Shown here: piece after piece, positions 51,040-64,000 of the stretch | Numbering within the stretch: position 1 is the first letter of the stretch | Layout of the letters: the number at the start of each line of letters is the position of its first letter | Assembly (NCBI GenBank): GCA_964016885.1 | Contig: OZ024740.1 | Coordinates: 113,212,001-113,276,000, forward strand | Source of the DNA: Eledone cirrhosa | Lineage: Eukaryota | Length of the DNA: 64,000 nt | Reading direction: 5' to 3' | Program-made: the position numbers and the translations under genes | The notes under the pieces: generated by a model | The model's database searches: none | Seen by the model: only the letters and a program-made list of their open reading frames with translations | Told to the model about the DNA's origin: nothing

Positions 51040-51200
51040 TAGCAGCAGTGACCTCGCAACTCATTTCTAGTGCTGAGTTAACTGGAGCAACGTGAAATAA
51101 AGTGTCATGGTCAAGGACAAAACACATCGCCAGGTCCGGAAATCGAACATAAAAATCTAACAATTGTGAATCAAGCGCTCTAGCCATAAAACCATACGCT
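51040..51200 (-). mobile_element. Second SINE family, degenerate
   Basis: Minus-strand GTTCGATTTCC B-box-like motif; resembles 32480-32614. Confidence 0.5.
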
Positions 51201-51499
51201 TTCGCTAAAGAGCTAATAAAGAAATCTGAAAAACCTTTAATAAAAAATGATCAAACTAGTATTTTAAATATAACATTTTGAAAAAGATGTTCCTGTTTAT
51301 ATGCCCGGATACGCACCTCATACACACGCATGCACGCACACACACAAACACATACATACATACATAATGGCTACCCCCTCGTTATCGAGTATGGCATACA
51401 TACATACATACAAAACGACACTAAAATTACCATCATATATTATTAAAATAAAATAAAAATGTGCTGTCCTACGGAAAACTATAGGATATATCCTAAATT

Positions 51500-51650
51500 T
51501 AAAAACAAAGGATGTCTCTATTTTCACTGATAAAATAGAATGTCAAAGGGGTATATTTCAAGGAGACAGTCTCTCTGTGCTACTATTTATTCTGCCATTT
51601 CACTCCTTGTCTTTTCTGCTCAAGACATGTGAAGGATATAGGCTCACAGG
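51500..51650 (+). mobile_element. Non-LTR RT fragment
   Basis: KGVIFQGDSLSVLLFIL-like translation (GIFQGDSLS RT motif B type) around 51549. Confidence 0.6.
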
Positions 51651-52149
51651 CTGAACATCGTGACTTTTCTTCAAATTGATTGAATTGGCATACTTTGTGG
51701 CTCTAACAATCTCCCCAGCACTTTTGCCGGCGCGGAATTATTCGGCAATTACACTTCTTCGGTTCAATTCCTTATTAATATACTATTTTTTTATTTCAGA
51801 TTGAACAAATTATGAATAAGTGATTATTCAAGCTGGTAATATTTAAAACTTAGACTCCAACAAAATCTATACAATTAGAAATATACCCTTTTGAAACTTG
51901 TCCCACTTTACCTGTTACATTCTGTATAACAAAATGTTGTGGTTTGCTTAAAAGCATTGTATATAATATATAATATGGAAAGTGATATATGTAAGACAGC
52001 TAAAACAATGCAGCATGGGCGGTAATCTTTGTTTTTCCCGAAATATTAGGACGAAGAAAAAAATAAATTATCGGTTAACTAACTTTTTCTTACCTTCATT
52101 TTTCCAATTTCGCCCTGCCCTTCCCTTCAATCTTTCTAATTTCTCATTC

Positions 52150-52190
52150 TTTTTTCTGATGAAAGACTAGCGTCCGAAACGTTAAGGCCT
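52150..52190 (+). ncRNA. Isolated minimal hammerhead-like motif
   Basis: CTGATGA-AA-GAC(TAGC)GTC-C-GAAA-CGT-TA; stem I is weak. Confidence 0.45.
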
Positions 52191-52973
52191 TCTTCCTGTT
52201 ATTTCAACAGTTAAACTAATATATTCCTTCCATATACTGTAACGATTGTGTTGTTTCTTGTTAACCTTTTACATACATATATATATTTATTGCGTAGGAT
52301 TCGTCCTTGAGTTGAACCCCCCCCCCCCCTCATTCACATACACACACACATATGTTTGTACGTATATGTTTATGTTTGTCTTTATCTTGTTTTCTCCCTG
52401 TCCAACCGCTCATCAATCCCATTTCCATGTAGTAGAAACATACTTCACCGTACACCCCGCTCGTCATTTTATTTCTCACGTTCCTAGCCCTCTTACTCCC
52501 ATACTGTTTTTTGTATTTTTGACATATACTCACCCCTATCAAGCATTCTTTCCATCATTCATTCCGTCTCTCTCACTGTTTTTCTTCGTTGATTTATTAT
52601 TACTGTTATTGATTATTCCTCTTTGTTTTTATTCCGTTCTCTTTTGCTTATAATTTCATTACTCTTATATTTCCTTATTTCTACCGGTATATCTTTCATA
52701 CAAAATTCTGTAGCTCTCTTATTTTCTTGCTTTCTTTCTACTTATTTAAAAAATGCTCTGCTTCTTCCTTATGCCCTTTCCTTTTCTTTGCTTTTCTCTC
52801 CTTATTAACTTATTTATTTATTTATGTATATAGGTATTTATTTATACAATTATATATTTAAAATTTCATGTTATATTTTTCATCTTTAGTTACTTACATC
52901 ATTTATTATGTAGCCCTCTTTCATCACCTATGTATTTTATTTAAATTTCTATAATTATTTTCTTTCCTCTCTC

Positions 52974-53016
<43 letters not shown>

Positions 53017-53019
<3 letters not shown>

Positions 53020-53092
53020 TCGTCAAGTATGGAATGTGTAGAATTCTTTATTTTTCTGCAAATTTCTACAAATTTCATACTTGACATCCCAG
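53017..53092. repeat. Hairpin element related to 16985-17070, within (TA)n
   Basis: GTCAAGTATGGAATGTGTAGAA / TTCTACAAATTTCATACTTGAC. Confidence 0.7.
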
Positions 53093-53447
53093 TATATATA
53101 TATATATATGTGTGTGTGAGTGTGTGTGTGTGTGTGTATGTGTGTGTGTGTAACTTGTACACATACCGCTGCCTTTTGGTATTACTCAAATCACGTGATA
53201 ATTCTCCCATTCGAAATTATCGCTGGTAGCGGATCTCAGTCGAATCCACTCTTTGAAAATGTTCCCAGGCGTACTGAGTTTTTCACAACATACAATGCTG
53301 GGGTTTACTCAATAAAACTGCAGTAGAGGTGCTCTAAGTATACATATGCGTTGATTTGTATATGCGATTTATATATATATATATATTTGTGCGTTTCGCT
53401 TCGCTTTTCCTGCCCACCGTAAAGGCGATTCTCGCTGAATCTTTATT

Positions 53448-53565
<118 letters not shown>

Positions 53566-53771
53566 CATACATATATAAATCAACTCATATTTATGTATAT
53601 GCATATTTATACAAACATGCATAATATATATATAAGGGGATAAGGGGATAAAGATTCCATAATTTCTTGTGGAGCTGTAGAGGCACCGTTATACGGCATG
53701 TCTAGGGAACTTTTAAAACAGGCGGAGCCCAACCCTCTCCAGGTCTGAACACACCCGATTTTTTCTATCGA

Positions 53772-53865
53772 GGAAGAATCGACCCCAGCACAGGACTGGT
53801 ACATTTTTATCGACCACGAAAGGATGAAAGATAAAGTTGACCTCGGCTGGATTTGAACTCAGAGG
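53772..53865 (-). mobile_element. tRNA-derived SINE fragment
   Basis: Reverse complement of SINE core including B box. Confidence 0.7.
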
Positions 53866-53929
53866 GCGCAATGAGGTGGGACACATATACATTTGAATAT
53901 ATACATATTCATATATGTATAAATAAAAC

Positions 53930-53964
<35 letters not shown>

Positions 53965-54432
53965 GAAAGATAGAGAGAGAGGGAGAGAGAGGGTGAGAGG
54001 GACATGTGTGTGTTTGAGTATACAGTTGTGCGTATGTACGTATATGATTGTATACATACATACGTGCATTGGATTTATTAGTCATGTAGCCATGTAAGCT
54101 TTCCCGTGTTACATAGTTGTCGTCTGCCAGTCCAAAGAGGCTAATACCAGTTAAGTCAGTAAGACTGACACAATCCCCTCTCACCACAACACATTACCAT
54201 CCACTCTCTCAAACAATTTGCATTATAACGTATAGCCAGTTGGATCAAGGACAGCTTTAGACTAAAACCAAGAGATTTCTGTAGTTTTCTTTACTCAGAT
54301 TTCCTTTTTTGTTACTTTTTCACTAGTAAATGTTGATCTTTTATTCTCCGATTCCTGACGATTTATGTCAACCAAATATTTTATTATTAGCTATGTTTGC
54401 AATGGTGTCTCATACGCCATGTCAATAAAGTA

Positions 54433-54501
54433 ATCATCATCGTTGACATCATCATCATCATCATCACCATTCTTCTTCTTCTTCTTCTTCTTCTTCTTCT
54501 T

Positions 54502-54582
<81 letters not shown>
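54433..54582. repeat. (ATC)n-(TTC)n-(TTA)n compound microsatellite
   Basis: Direct reading. Confidence 0.95.
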
Positions 54583-54583
<1 letters not shown>

Positions 54584-54772
54584 GGGCGGTGGATTGGCAG
54601 TATCGGTAGAGGGTCGGACGCCATGTGTTCCAGCATAGTTACTTCCCTTTACGATCTGAGTTCAAATCCCGCCGAGGTTGACTTTGCCTTTCATCTTTAC
54701 GGGGTCGATAAAATAAAGTACCAGTAATGCACTGGGTATTTGCTGGCCTTGTGCCTAAAGTAGAAACGATTA
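54583..54772 (+). mobile_element. tRNA-derived SINE, full length
   Basis: GGCGGTGGATTGGCAGTATCGG (A box), GAGTTCAAATCC (B box), (ATT)n tail. Confidence 0.88.
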
Positions 54773-54796
54773 TTATTATTATTATTTTTTTTTTTT

Positions 54797-57700
54797 AGTC
54801 TCTGTCATTGATATTAGTTAACTGGAAAGTTTGTTGAAATGAATATCAAGCCACTACCTGCAGGCTCAGATATTCAGGACGTATCGGAGGGTTCTTGCTG
54901 TTCCCAGCAAGCATGCCTTTTGAAGCGTTCCAAAAAGCGTGAAGGGGCCAATTTTCTTTAACCATCCCTGGAAACTTTTTGAGATAGTCCCCAGTGCGCC
55001 TATGACAATCGGGATCACTTTGACTTCATGGTAGTTCCAAATCCTTTTTACCTCCCACTTTAAGTCCTGGTATCGGTTAATTTTCTCCCTCTCCTTCTCT
55101 TGCACTCTCGTGTCGAATGGGCAGGCCACATCCACAATCAGGCACGATCTTTTTTCTTTGTCCAAAACCACCAGGTCAGGTCTATTGTGTTCCAGTTTCT
55201 TGTCCGTCAGTATCCTAAAATCCCACAGCACCTTCACCTGATCGTTTTCTATCACCGACTCTGGCTTATGCTCATACCACTTCTCAGAATGTGGTAAATT
55301 GTTTACTTTGCATAGGTGCCAGTGGATCACCCTGCCCATCACATCATATCTCCAGCCCTTATAGTGAGTCTGGGCTAGGAGTTTACACTCGGATACAATG
55401 TGAGCCACAATCTCCTCTCTCTCTCCACAGATCCTGCACAGTGAGCTAGCCTCCTCCTTGTAAATGTGGTGTTTCAACCACTTCGTTTTGAGGGCCTGCT
55501 CCTGCGCAGCCATTAACATTCCTTCTGTAGCCTTTTTAAGGTTTCCTCTTTTCAACCAGTTTCATGTCTGTGGATCTCTAAATTCAGTTTTCTCAAAGAA
55601 GGTACTATGAAGGGATTTTTCCTGAAGGCTGCTCTTTCTCCATGATGTTATTTCCTCCTTGGACATCCCCTGGCTTATTGTCCCCTCCTTCAGTACAGTT
55701 CTGAGCATTGGCTCCTTACTATCAGTCACGTATTTGTGTAGGTTGTTTTTCTCCATCTGAACACAGTCCTCTATGCTGATAAGACCTCTTCCACCTTCAG
55801 ATCTCCTTAAGTAGAGTCTATCGACATCACTCCTCTTGTGGAACATATTGTAGATAGTCAATAGCTTCCTAGTCTTCCTATCCATTTCTTTTTGTACAGT
55901 AACATTCCATCTCAGAATTCCCGCACTGTACCTAATAATAGACACAGCTCGGGAATTTACTGCACTTATGGCATTCTTACTGTTCAGATGTGACTTTAAT
56001 ACGCTCCTTACTCTCCGAAGGTATTCACTTCTTATCAATTCCTTCATGTTTTTGTTCTTGATGTCATCAGCCTCCAGAACGCCCAAATACTTGTATCCTT
56101 CCTCAGAGTCAATTTCCTTTATCATGTCACCTGTTGGTATCTGGATTCCGTTACTTCTGCTCAACTTACCCCACCTCATCACAATGACTCCACACTTACT
56201 AATACCAAATTGCATACATATATCATTGCTGAAAATACGGACAGTGTCAACAAGCACATCCAACTCCTTCTCACTCTTCCCGAAGAGCTTAAGATCGTCC
56301 ATGAAGAGGAGGTGATTGATGGTAAGCCCTCCCTTTCCCAACCTGTATCCTGCTCTCACTTTTCGCAGTACACTGGTCAAGGGCATCAGGGCAAGGACAA
56401 ACAACAGAGGGAACAGACTATCTCCCTGGAAGATACCTCACTTGATCTTTACGCTTCCCAAGGATTCTCCAGTTGATGTTAACTCTGTTTCCCAGGACTT
56501 CATACTTTTGCCCAACAACTGCCTGATGTTATCTGCCACTTTGAAGATCTCCAGGCTTTTGGTGATCCAAGAATGAGGCACCATGTCAAATGCCTTTTTC
56601 TAGTCTATCCATCCCATGGCAAGACCAGTGTGCCTCCTCTTGCAATTCCTCATTACCATCTTATCAATAAGTAACTGGTCCTTTGTACCACGTGACTTCT
56701 TTCGGCATCCTTTCTGTTCGTCCGGTAACAAGTTGTTTGTGTGGAGGTGATGGTAGATTTCCTCAGACATATTGCTTGTCAACAGTTTCCACATTACGGA
56801 CAGACATGTGATAGGTCTATAGTTGGTAACATCATTACCCTTGATTCGGTCTTTCATTATCAGAACTGTGGTACCTTTCGTCAACCACTCTGGTACCTCA
56901 CCTGACACCAAGCAGTCATTGAACATGGTTGTCCGTTTCGGGTGGAGGGATGTTATGTTTTTAATCCAATACCCCTGTACACCATCTGGGCCAGGTGATT
57001 TCCAGTTGGTTAGTTTTTTGGCCTGCCCCTTAAGAGTTTTAACTGTGATACTCAAATCAGTTTGTTGGTGTGCCTGTTCACTGATCTCCTTCTGTACTGT
57101 CTCAATCCACACTGCCTGGTCATTATGTTTAACATCCTGCTCCCATATTCCTCTCCAGAATGTTTTAGTTTGTTCCGCCTCAGGGATCAAGTCGTGCCTC
57201 TTTCCCTTCAAGCTGTCCAAACAGCATCTTCTGGTTGTTGTCGAACATGTGGTTCTGTCTATACTGGCTGACTCTGTTCTTGTATCGCCTGATTTTTGCA
57301 CTCTTTGCTACAATGCGTTGCTTCAGTTACTCTATGATAATATTTAGCTTTTTCCTCCTAGTTTTGTACTTTATTTCCAGTCTATTTTTAGTGTCTATGT
57401 TTTTTAGTGTCCCATTCAGTAGGGACTCAAGCTTTCCAATGTCATTTCTCATTTTGCTGATTTGACCACTCAGTCGTTTCTTCCACCAAGGCTCTGCTCT
57501 TTCTTGTCTGTTGTTTCCTCTCGCTTTTCTACCAAGTAGTTTCCTCGCCGTATTTGCTTTTGCTTTGAGGATATTGTTGTACTAGTGAAGGCTCCTCGCC
57601 TCAAGGTATGGGATGACTTTGTTTACCTTAGCTGTTGTTTCTTTTAACTTTTTTCTGTCTACAAATCTTAGGTTCATAGGTCTCCCACTATCATTGTTCA

Positions 57701-58330
57701 ATTCATCTACCACTAAGTTTAGGATATCTACCAAATTTTGTCCTAGCCCGTCAGCATTCCTATCCTCAGTGGCCGTATCTCTGTTCCAGGTATTATTTAT
57801 CTCTGTATTCAGATCATTGTCTGTTTCGGGTGGTTCCTCCGTTCTCTCGACCTCTTCACCTTCATTTCCCACTGGCTCGTTTGCCTGGAATACTCCACCC
57901 TTCATCTCCAAGCTAATCTCTCTGCTCAGTTCCTCCAGTTCCAGCTCGCTTATCCACCCATTAGTTCTTATTACCCGAGCCTGCCCGGCCAGTTTTTGTT
58001 CATCTAATTTAAATGGACCAATCTCGTTCCGGATGTTATGCATCCTTTTCCTATAGCCTTTCTCCTTGGGGTTACTCTTCAGGTAACATTGCATAACAGT
58101 TCTATTCAATTCTTTCGTCCAGTTGGTTCTGGTCCCTTTCCTTCTTCTTCTTCCTCCGACACCAGCAGTATTTGGTTGATAGCCAGGTCCCTGCTGCTGA
58201 GCCAGGGAGCACCTGTTGGGTGAGAGTCTGTCACATGACATTCTAGTCTCCATTTTACCGTTATTCGAACTGTTTAGGTTCGACATTTAAACACTCTTAT
58301 CGAGGATTGGCGAATGTATGGTTACATAAC
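54797..58330 (-). mobile_element. R4/Dong-like non-LTR retrotransposon (single ORF: RT, CCHC, restriction-like endonuclease), near full length, disabled
   Basis: ORF pieces 58286 to 54866: KSPGPDG, YRPITCL, QKGCR, WID*KKAFD, IFQGDSL, HLLFMDDLKL, CRICG..H..C, RPDLV..D..P..EKINRY; several stops/frameshifts; 3' end abuts poly(A)/(TAA)n. Confidence 0.9.
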
Positions 58331-58611
58331 CACCGGTGAATTACTTGTCTCCGGTGGTTTCGTCACTCCACGTGACTTTTGTGTGGCATTATCACGCTGT
58401 AGACGAACCCAAATAAACAAACAAACAAACAGGCAGAAAAAACCCAAAAAATGAATAAGCATAAGTTTCATTGTAATGTAGTGTTTGAATGTCTGACATA
58501 GTTTTTCCCTTCCCTTCTCTGTCCATCCGTTTGTTTTTCTCTTCATTTTTATTTCCTTTACGTTTTCGTTGTTGCTGTGCTGCTTTGATTTTTATTTTTG
58601 TTTTTTTTTAA

Positions 58612-59915
58612 ATTTTGACCGGGTCATCAATTCAGTCTATTTATACATTTTGATGCCTTCCTCTTTTAGTGAGAACTCTACAATGTAGCAGGGGCTAGCG
58701 GGAGAGAATAGCGGCGGTAGTGACAATGAGGCAGCGGCGGCGGCGATGACGGTGCTGTCCCAGCAGAAACTAGCAGGAGGTAGTGGGAGAGAATAGCGGC
58801 GGCATCGATAATGAGGCAGCGGCGGTGGCGATGTGGTCGTATTACTGTAGCGATGGTGTTGAAGATGGAGTAGAAATTTGAGTCGACTTGACCAGAGTTT
58901 TCATTATGGCAGTGGTGGTGGCACTGGTGGTGAAATTATCATTAGTCGCGTATATGTGTTGACATATTTTCTTAATATTGGAATTAAACATTTTGTTTAA
59001 ACTAAAACTTGATTTTGATTATTGTTTTTTTTTTTTGATTTTGACCCGGTCATCAATTCAGTCTATTCATATATTTTGATGTTTTCCTCTTTTAGTGAGA
59101 GTTATACAATGTAGCAGGGGGTAGCGGGAGAGAATAGCGGCGGTAGTGATATTGAGGCAGCGGCGGCGGTGGTGGTGGCGGTGCTTGGCCAGCAGCAACT
59201 AGCAGGAGGTAGTGGGAGAGAGTAGCGGCGGTAGCGATAATGAGGTAGTGCTGGTGGTGATGATGTGGTCGTATTACTGTAGTGATGGTGTTGAAGTTGG
59301 AGTAGAAATTTGAGTCGACTTGATCAGAGTTTTCATCGTGGTAGTGGTGGTGGTATTGGTGGTGAAATTATCTTTAGTGAAATTATCATTAGTCGCGTAT
59401 ATGTGTTGACATATTTTCTTAATATTGGAATTAAACATTTTGTTAAAACTAAACCTTGATTTTTTTTTTTTTTTTTTTAATTTTTATTTTGACCAGGTCA
59501 TCAATTCAGTCTATTTATATATTTTGATGTTTTCCTCTTTTAGTGGGAATTCTACAATGTAGCAGGGGATAGTAGCGGGAGAGAATAGTGGCGGTAGTGA
59601 TATTGAGGCAGCGGCGGCGGTGGTGGTGGTGGTGGTGGCGGTGCTGTGCTAGCAGCAACTAGCAGGAGGTAGTGGGAGAGAATAGCGGCGGTAGCGATAG
59701 TGAGGCACCGGTGGTGGTGATGTGGTCGTATTACTGTAGTGATGGTGTTGAAGTTGGTGTAGAAATTTGAGTCGACTTGACCAGAGTTTTCATCGTGGTA
59801 GTGGTGGTGGTATTGGTGGTGAAATTATCTTTAGTGAAATTATCGTTAGTCGCGTATATGTGTTGACATATTTTCTTAATGTTGGAATTAAACATTTTGT
59901 TAAAACTAAAACTTG
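58612..59915. repeat. Three diverged tandem units of ~425-450 bp, G-rich on +
   Basis: TTTTGACC-GGTCATCAATTCAGTCTATT at ~58614, ~59039, ~59487; each preceded by a T run. Confidence 0.9.
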
Positions 59916-60339
59916 AGGCAATAGTAATAGTAATTATTATTATTATGCTGAGATTGGTGGTGGTGGTGGTGGTGAAATTGCCGTTATCTGGCTGTTGTGT
60001 TTAGTGTACACAGAGGGGTGATGGGGTAGGTGGTATATCTAGTTTCTGATGTTGGTGAAATTGCTGTTATTTGGGTGTTCTATATAGTGTAGACAGAGGG
60101 GGTTTTCTTCCATTTATAACCATTTTCTTTTTTGAATATAAAATGTATAATACAAAATTGAATATTTGAGCGATATAACAATATATTGTGGATCAGAATT
60201 TTTGGGGACTCAAGCTGGGTGTTTTATGCAACATTTGTACTAAGAATTGTTATTTCACAATTGATTTAAACATGTTAAAAAATCAAAACTTACGGGAGCG
60301 ATTTCTCGACCTTCTATCCACCATGTGTGTCTTCTTCCC

Positions 60340-60383
<44 letters not shown>

Positions 60384-63300
60384 GAATGCTATGGATGACG
60401 GAGGCTCGGCTCTGTAAGGTATTGTAAATTTTGACCGCTATAACAATTGTAAATTGTTTAAAACTTTAACCAAATTGTAGACAAAAACACCCTCCTCCTC
60501 GTGAGAGGGGTCTTTCTGCCCGTTATTTGGCCCTTCGGGGTTAAATAACCGCTTATTGGTGTTTTGTGCCCAATATTTATTTTAAACAAAAAAACATGGC
60601 TACGAAAAAGAATTTTCATAGGTCACTCCCACTCATTCCGTCTTCTTTTTCCTCTCTGTCTCTCTCCCTCCCTTCTCTAAATGTGTCTCTCTGCCTCCAT
60701 TCTCTTTCGCAAGCGACGCCAGTAAAGAAAAATCACGTGCAAAGCGTGCAAAATCTATCCACGACGACGACGACAACGAACAAAAAGGTGTGCGGGGAAT
60801 ACGAAAACCCATTTTATTCCTCTGACGTCATGAATAATAGCAGTAGCAGCCGTAATAACAGTAGCAGCAGCACCAGTGACAAGGAAAACAACAGTAGCAG
60901 CCGCAACAGCATCAACAGCAGCATAAACAACAACAGCATTAGCAGAAACAGCAATAACAACAGCAGCAGCAGCAGCAGCAACAACAACAACAACCACAGC
61001 AACAGCGGCGGCGGCAGTAGTCGTAGTACCTGCAGCAACAACAAAAGAAACAGCAGCTCTGACGACAACAACAACAACAACAGCAGCAAAGAAAAACCAA
61101 TCTCGTTTGCAGGTATCACAAAGAACCTGGAAACCATCCTCATAACAATGAGGAATTAGAGGAAGCGAAGAAGATGGTCACGAAAACCGGACACCTAGCA
61201 ATCAGCAAGGCAGCCGAAACATTTTTCGAAACCCAACAGCACTGTACGGTCACGTACCGTACAGTAAGCACAAAATCCTGTAGGGTTGAAAGAGCCACAG
61301 AGGCTCAAATACAAAAAGCCTTAGGGTCTGTGCGGCAGCGGAAAACGCATATCACCCGAGGCAAGAAATATGCCACCGTAGACGTGCTTTTTTCCACACC
61401 CCAGGAAGCAAAGGCTCAATCCTTAGTGACCCTAAGGAGCGAGGAAATGGTGTTGGTGCCCTCCTACTGCGGCCAAAAAATGTGATGGTCAAACTGACCC
61501 ACGCCCCCCCCCCTGGGATGGCCCCTTCTTGCCTGACCGCGTCTGTCCTCGTCGGAATCGAGGACAAAACAACTGTACTGCAAGTCAAGTACAGAAAAGA
61601 GTAAGAGAAGATTGGGTCGGCACCTCCATTGAGATGCTAATCTAAACCAACCAGGAGTGCATCGAAGCTATCCCGGATGTGATAGACTTCGATAACGGAA
61701 CTCAACTGCCCATAAGTGTTGAGGGCAAACGCCCGAAATGCTTTCGCTGTGGATCGAAGACTCACCTCAGGGCCTTCTGCAACGAGAAGACCCTGAGAAA
61801 GGAGAAAACCCCCTCTTTCCGATTCCGGCTCCATTGCTACCAGCAACAGGACAAGCGGCAACCAGGAACGATAGGTCCGTGGCACCCATACTCACGCCAC
61901 GGAAATCAAGAACAGCAGCAGCAGTGGAAGTATTAACAACAACAACAGTAATACCAACTGCTGCTCCAACAGAGACTCCACTGCAAACATCACCAACAAC
62001 AACAAGTGAAAGAGGGGAGCTGGTACCCCTCCCCGACCTCACATAATCAGACATGGAGTGTGAGGTGGGAGAGGGATAACAAAAGGTCGCAAGAAGGCAC
62101 AAACGCAGAAGCAGCGCATCGTTGCCTTCGAAAAGGGAGGAAAGAAATGAAAAAAAGGGTAAAGGCTACTGCAAATAGACTCACAGCAGCAACACCACCA
62201 TCACCATCACCACCCACACTAGCACCACCATCACCACCGGCGACAACCCAACCGCCAACAACAACAACACCTTCAACACCCCCACCACATGCACCAACAT
62301 CGCAAACACAACAAAACAAAACACACACACCCAGCAACAACGACAAGAAAATAGCAGAACCACACCCCACCCCCAGAAAAACAAATGCACGGCAATAAAT
62401 ACACACAACAAAAAACTAATGACTTACATAATTGAACACACAGACATTTCACAGCACGACTACATAATACCAGCAGCAATCAAAACGCCAACGAACATAA
62501 GACTGCTAAAAATAGCACAGAAACAATACCCAAACATTAAAACGAAATTTCCCAACGCAGTTGGTGATTTCAGAGATCTAGGAGGGACTCTCAACCGGAG
62601 AGTATATTCGGACATACTCATAGAAGAGTCAACGACCAGCCGAAGGGACGATTCAACGGTCCCTTCACCAGACGATCAAGTGAAAAGGGATGGAGAAACC
62701 ATCCTTCCTCTACGAAAAGTACGGTAAGTGGTCTTTCCCATCTTTTCCACTCCATTTTAAACATGACCTCACTCAGAATAGGCAGCATAAATGCGCGTGG
62801 CTTGGGGTCGTCATGGAAGCAGAGTCACCTGCTCAACGACCTCAGGTCACTAAACATAGATGTAGTGGCCATAAGCGGGACCAGAATCTCCGAAGCACGG
62901 GCCTTCGCACCGCTCTTCGGCGGCTACGATGTGTACGCATCTCCCAGCAGTCCTGGATCGGGGGGAAGAGTTACTGTGCTTTTTCGGAAAGGTTTGTATC
63001 TCGCCATACGGGAGAACTAGTTAAAAAATTAGATGAGGCGCCTAGCAAAGGCATCACGGCGACGTGCTTGCGGCGAAATTGGCCCTTGACCAATTCTTCA
63101 ATGCAAAGCACGAAGGCTGCGTTGTCAGAGCTAGGGTGCGTGCTTTCAGACACGAGGGGACGAAAGCCGTTCAATGGGCCCGAGTTGCGGAGGCGCGTCG
63201 TGGCAACAAAGACACGATCCGGTCTTTGGTGGACCACGACGGGCGCATGCTACTCGATCCTGGGCAAATGTGTGAAGCTTTTCAGCGACACTTCGCTCAG

Positions 63301-64000
63301 CGGTGGGCCGGGTCGAGGGAAGGACTTTAGTGTCTACCTCAACGGCCTGCCGCATGTCCGAGATGCGCGCAGGGCGACGAAACCGTCCTGCACGCACTCG
63401 TCCAGTGTCCGAAAATTGCTGACTTCTGGGTTTATGTCGAACACCTGCTGTCGCGTGTAGGACGGATCCGGCTATCATCTGAGTCCATCGTGGGGATTGC
63501 CACTCCTCCTCCTTTAGCCGGGAAGGGCAGGCAGTTTTTATCTGTCTGGTGGCCATGGCGAAAGAGATAGTATGGTGGACACGTTTAAAAGGGCTGAAGT
63601 CGAGCACTTACCTTTTCGGTGATGCCCTGATTGACTTTTTCAAATTTCATTTGAAAAGGAAAATCAGAGTAGAGAGGGAAGTGCTCTCTTCCCAGCATTT
63701 TGTTGAAAGATGGGTGAGAGAAGCAAGAATGGCCCGAGTGAATGGGCCTACTCTGAGTATATATATGTAAATTAAAGGTGGAAAACTGGGAGAGGGCACT
63801 TGCCTTAGTGGTCAGGGTCACTGTGGCCTTTTACTGGGCTTTCTCCACAAATATCCCTCCGAAGTCTCCCCCCCTATTGGGGAATTTTTCTTTGTTATTT
63901 TTTGTTACATCCTCTGTTTTTGTTTTTTACATACAGAAATGCCCATTTGTACCGTCCTGTATTGTCATGCACTGTCCTTAATGTCTACTTTATGTAGACT
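60384..64000 (+). mobile_element. Tx1/L1-like LINE with disrupted ORF1 and internally deleted ORF2
   Basis: Follows (TAT)n; ORF1 from ATG 60596 with CFRCGSKTHLRAFC zinc knuckle; ORF2 MTSLRIGSINARGL (APE) at 62763, jumps near 63010 and 63350 to CPRCAQGDETVLHALVQC; stop at 63770. Confidence 0.82.

Noticed and set aside
60566-61159. Ser/Asn-rich 197-aa ORF as a host gene
   Set aside because: Lies at the start of the LINE ORF1 region, continuous with zinc-knuckle and APE pieces.

Overview
Eukaryotic, AT-rich, repeat-saturated DNA with no recognisable host gene. The SINE family and (TA)n load look like an octopod/cephalopod genome (inference). Most short ORFs in the track are microsatellite translations. 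The window is dominated by Penelope-like retroelements (PLEs: RT + C-terminal GIY-YIG endonuclease) and their terminal repeats (pLTRs) carrying minimal type I hammerhead ribozymes (HHRs), nearly all bordered by (TA)n. The centrepiece is a ~12 kb palindrome (2685-14669, 7-nt loop): two head-to-head, 5'-truncated PLE copies with identical 712-aa reading frames and a ribozyme near each outer end. The same fold-back geometry (inverted copy lacking the 3' tail, then a copy with the tail) recurs from ~120 bp to 12 kb in several unrelated families, suggesting hairpin-primed synthesis during integration. Also present: two related ~610-bp tandem arrays with retrozyme-like geometry, a tandem/inverted HHR array, an R4/Dong-like RLE LINE plus two 3' fragments, two internally deleted Tx1/L1-like LINEs, a Chapaev3-like transposon end, a Helitron-like end and many tRNA-derived SINEs. 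All folds and alignments were done by eye.
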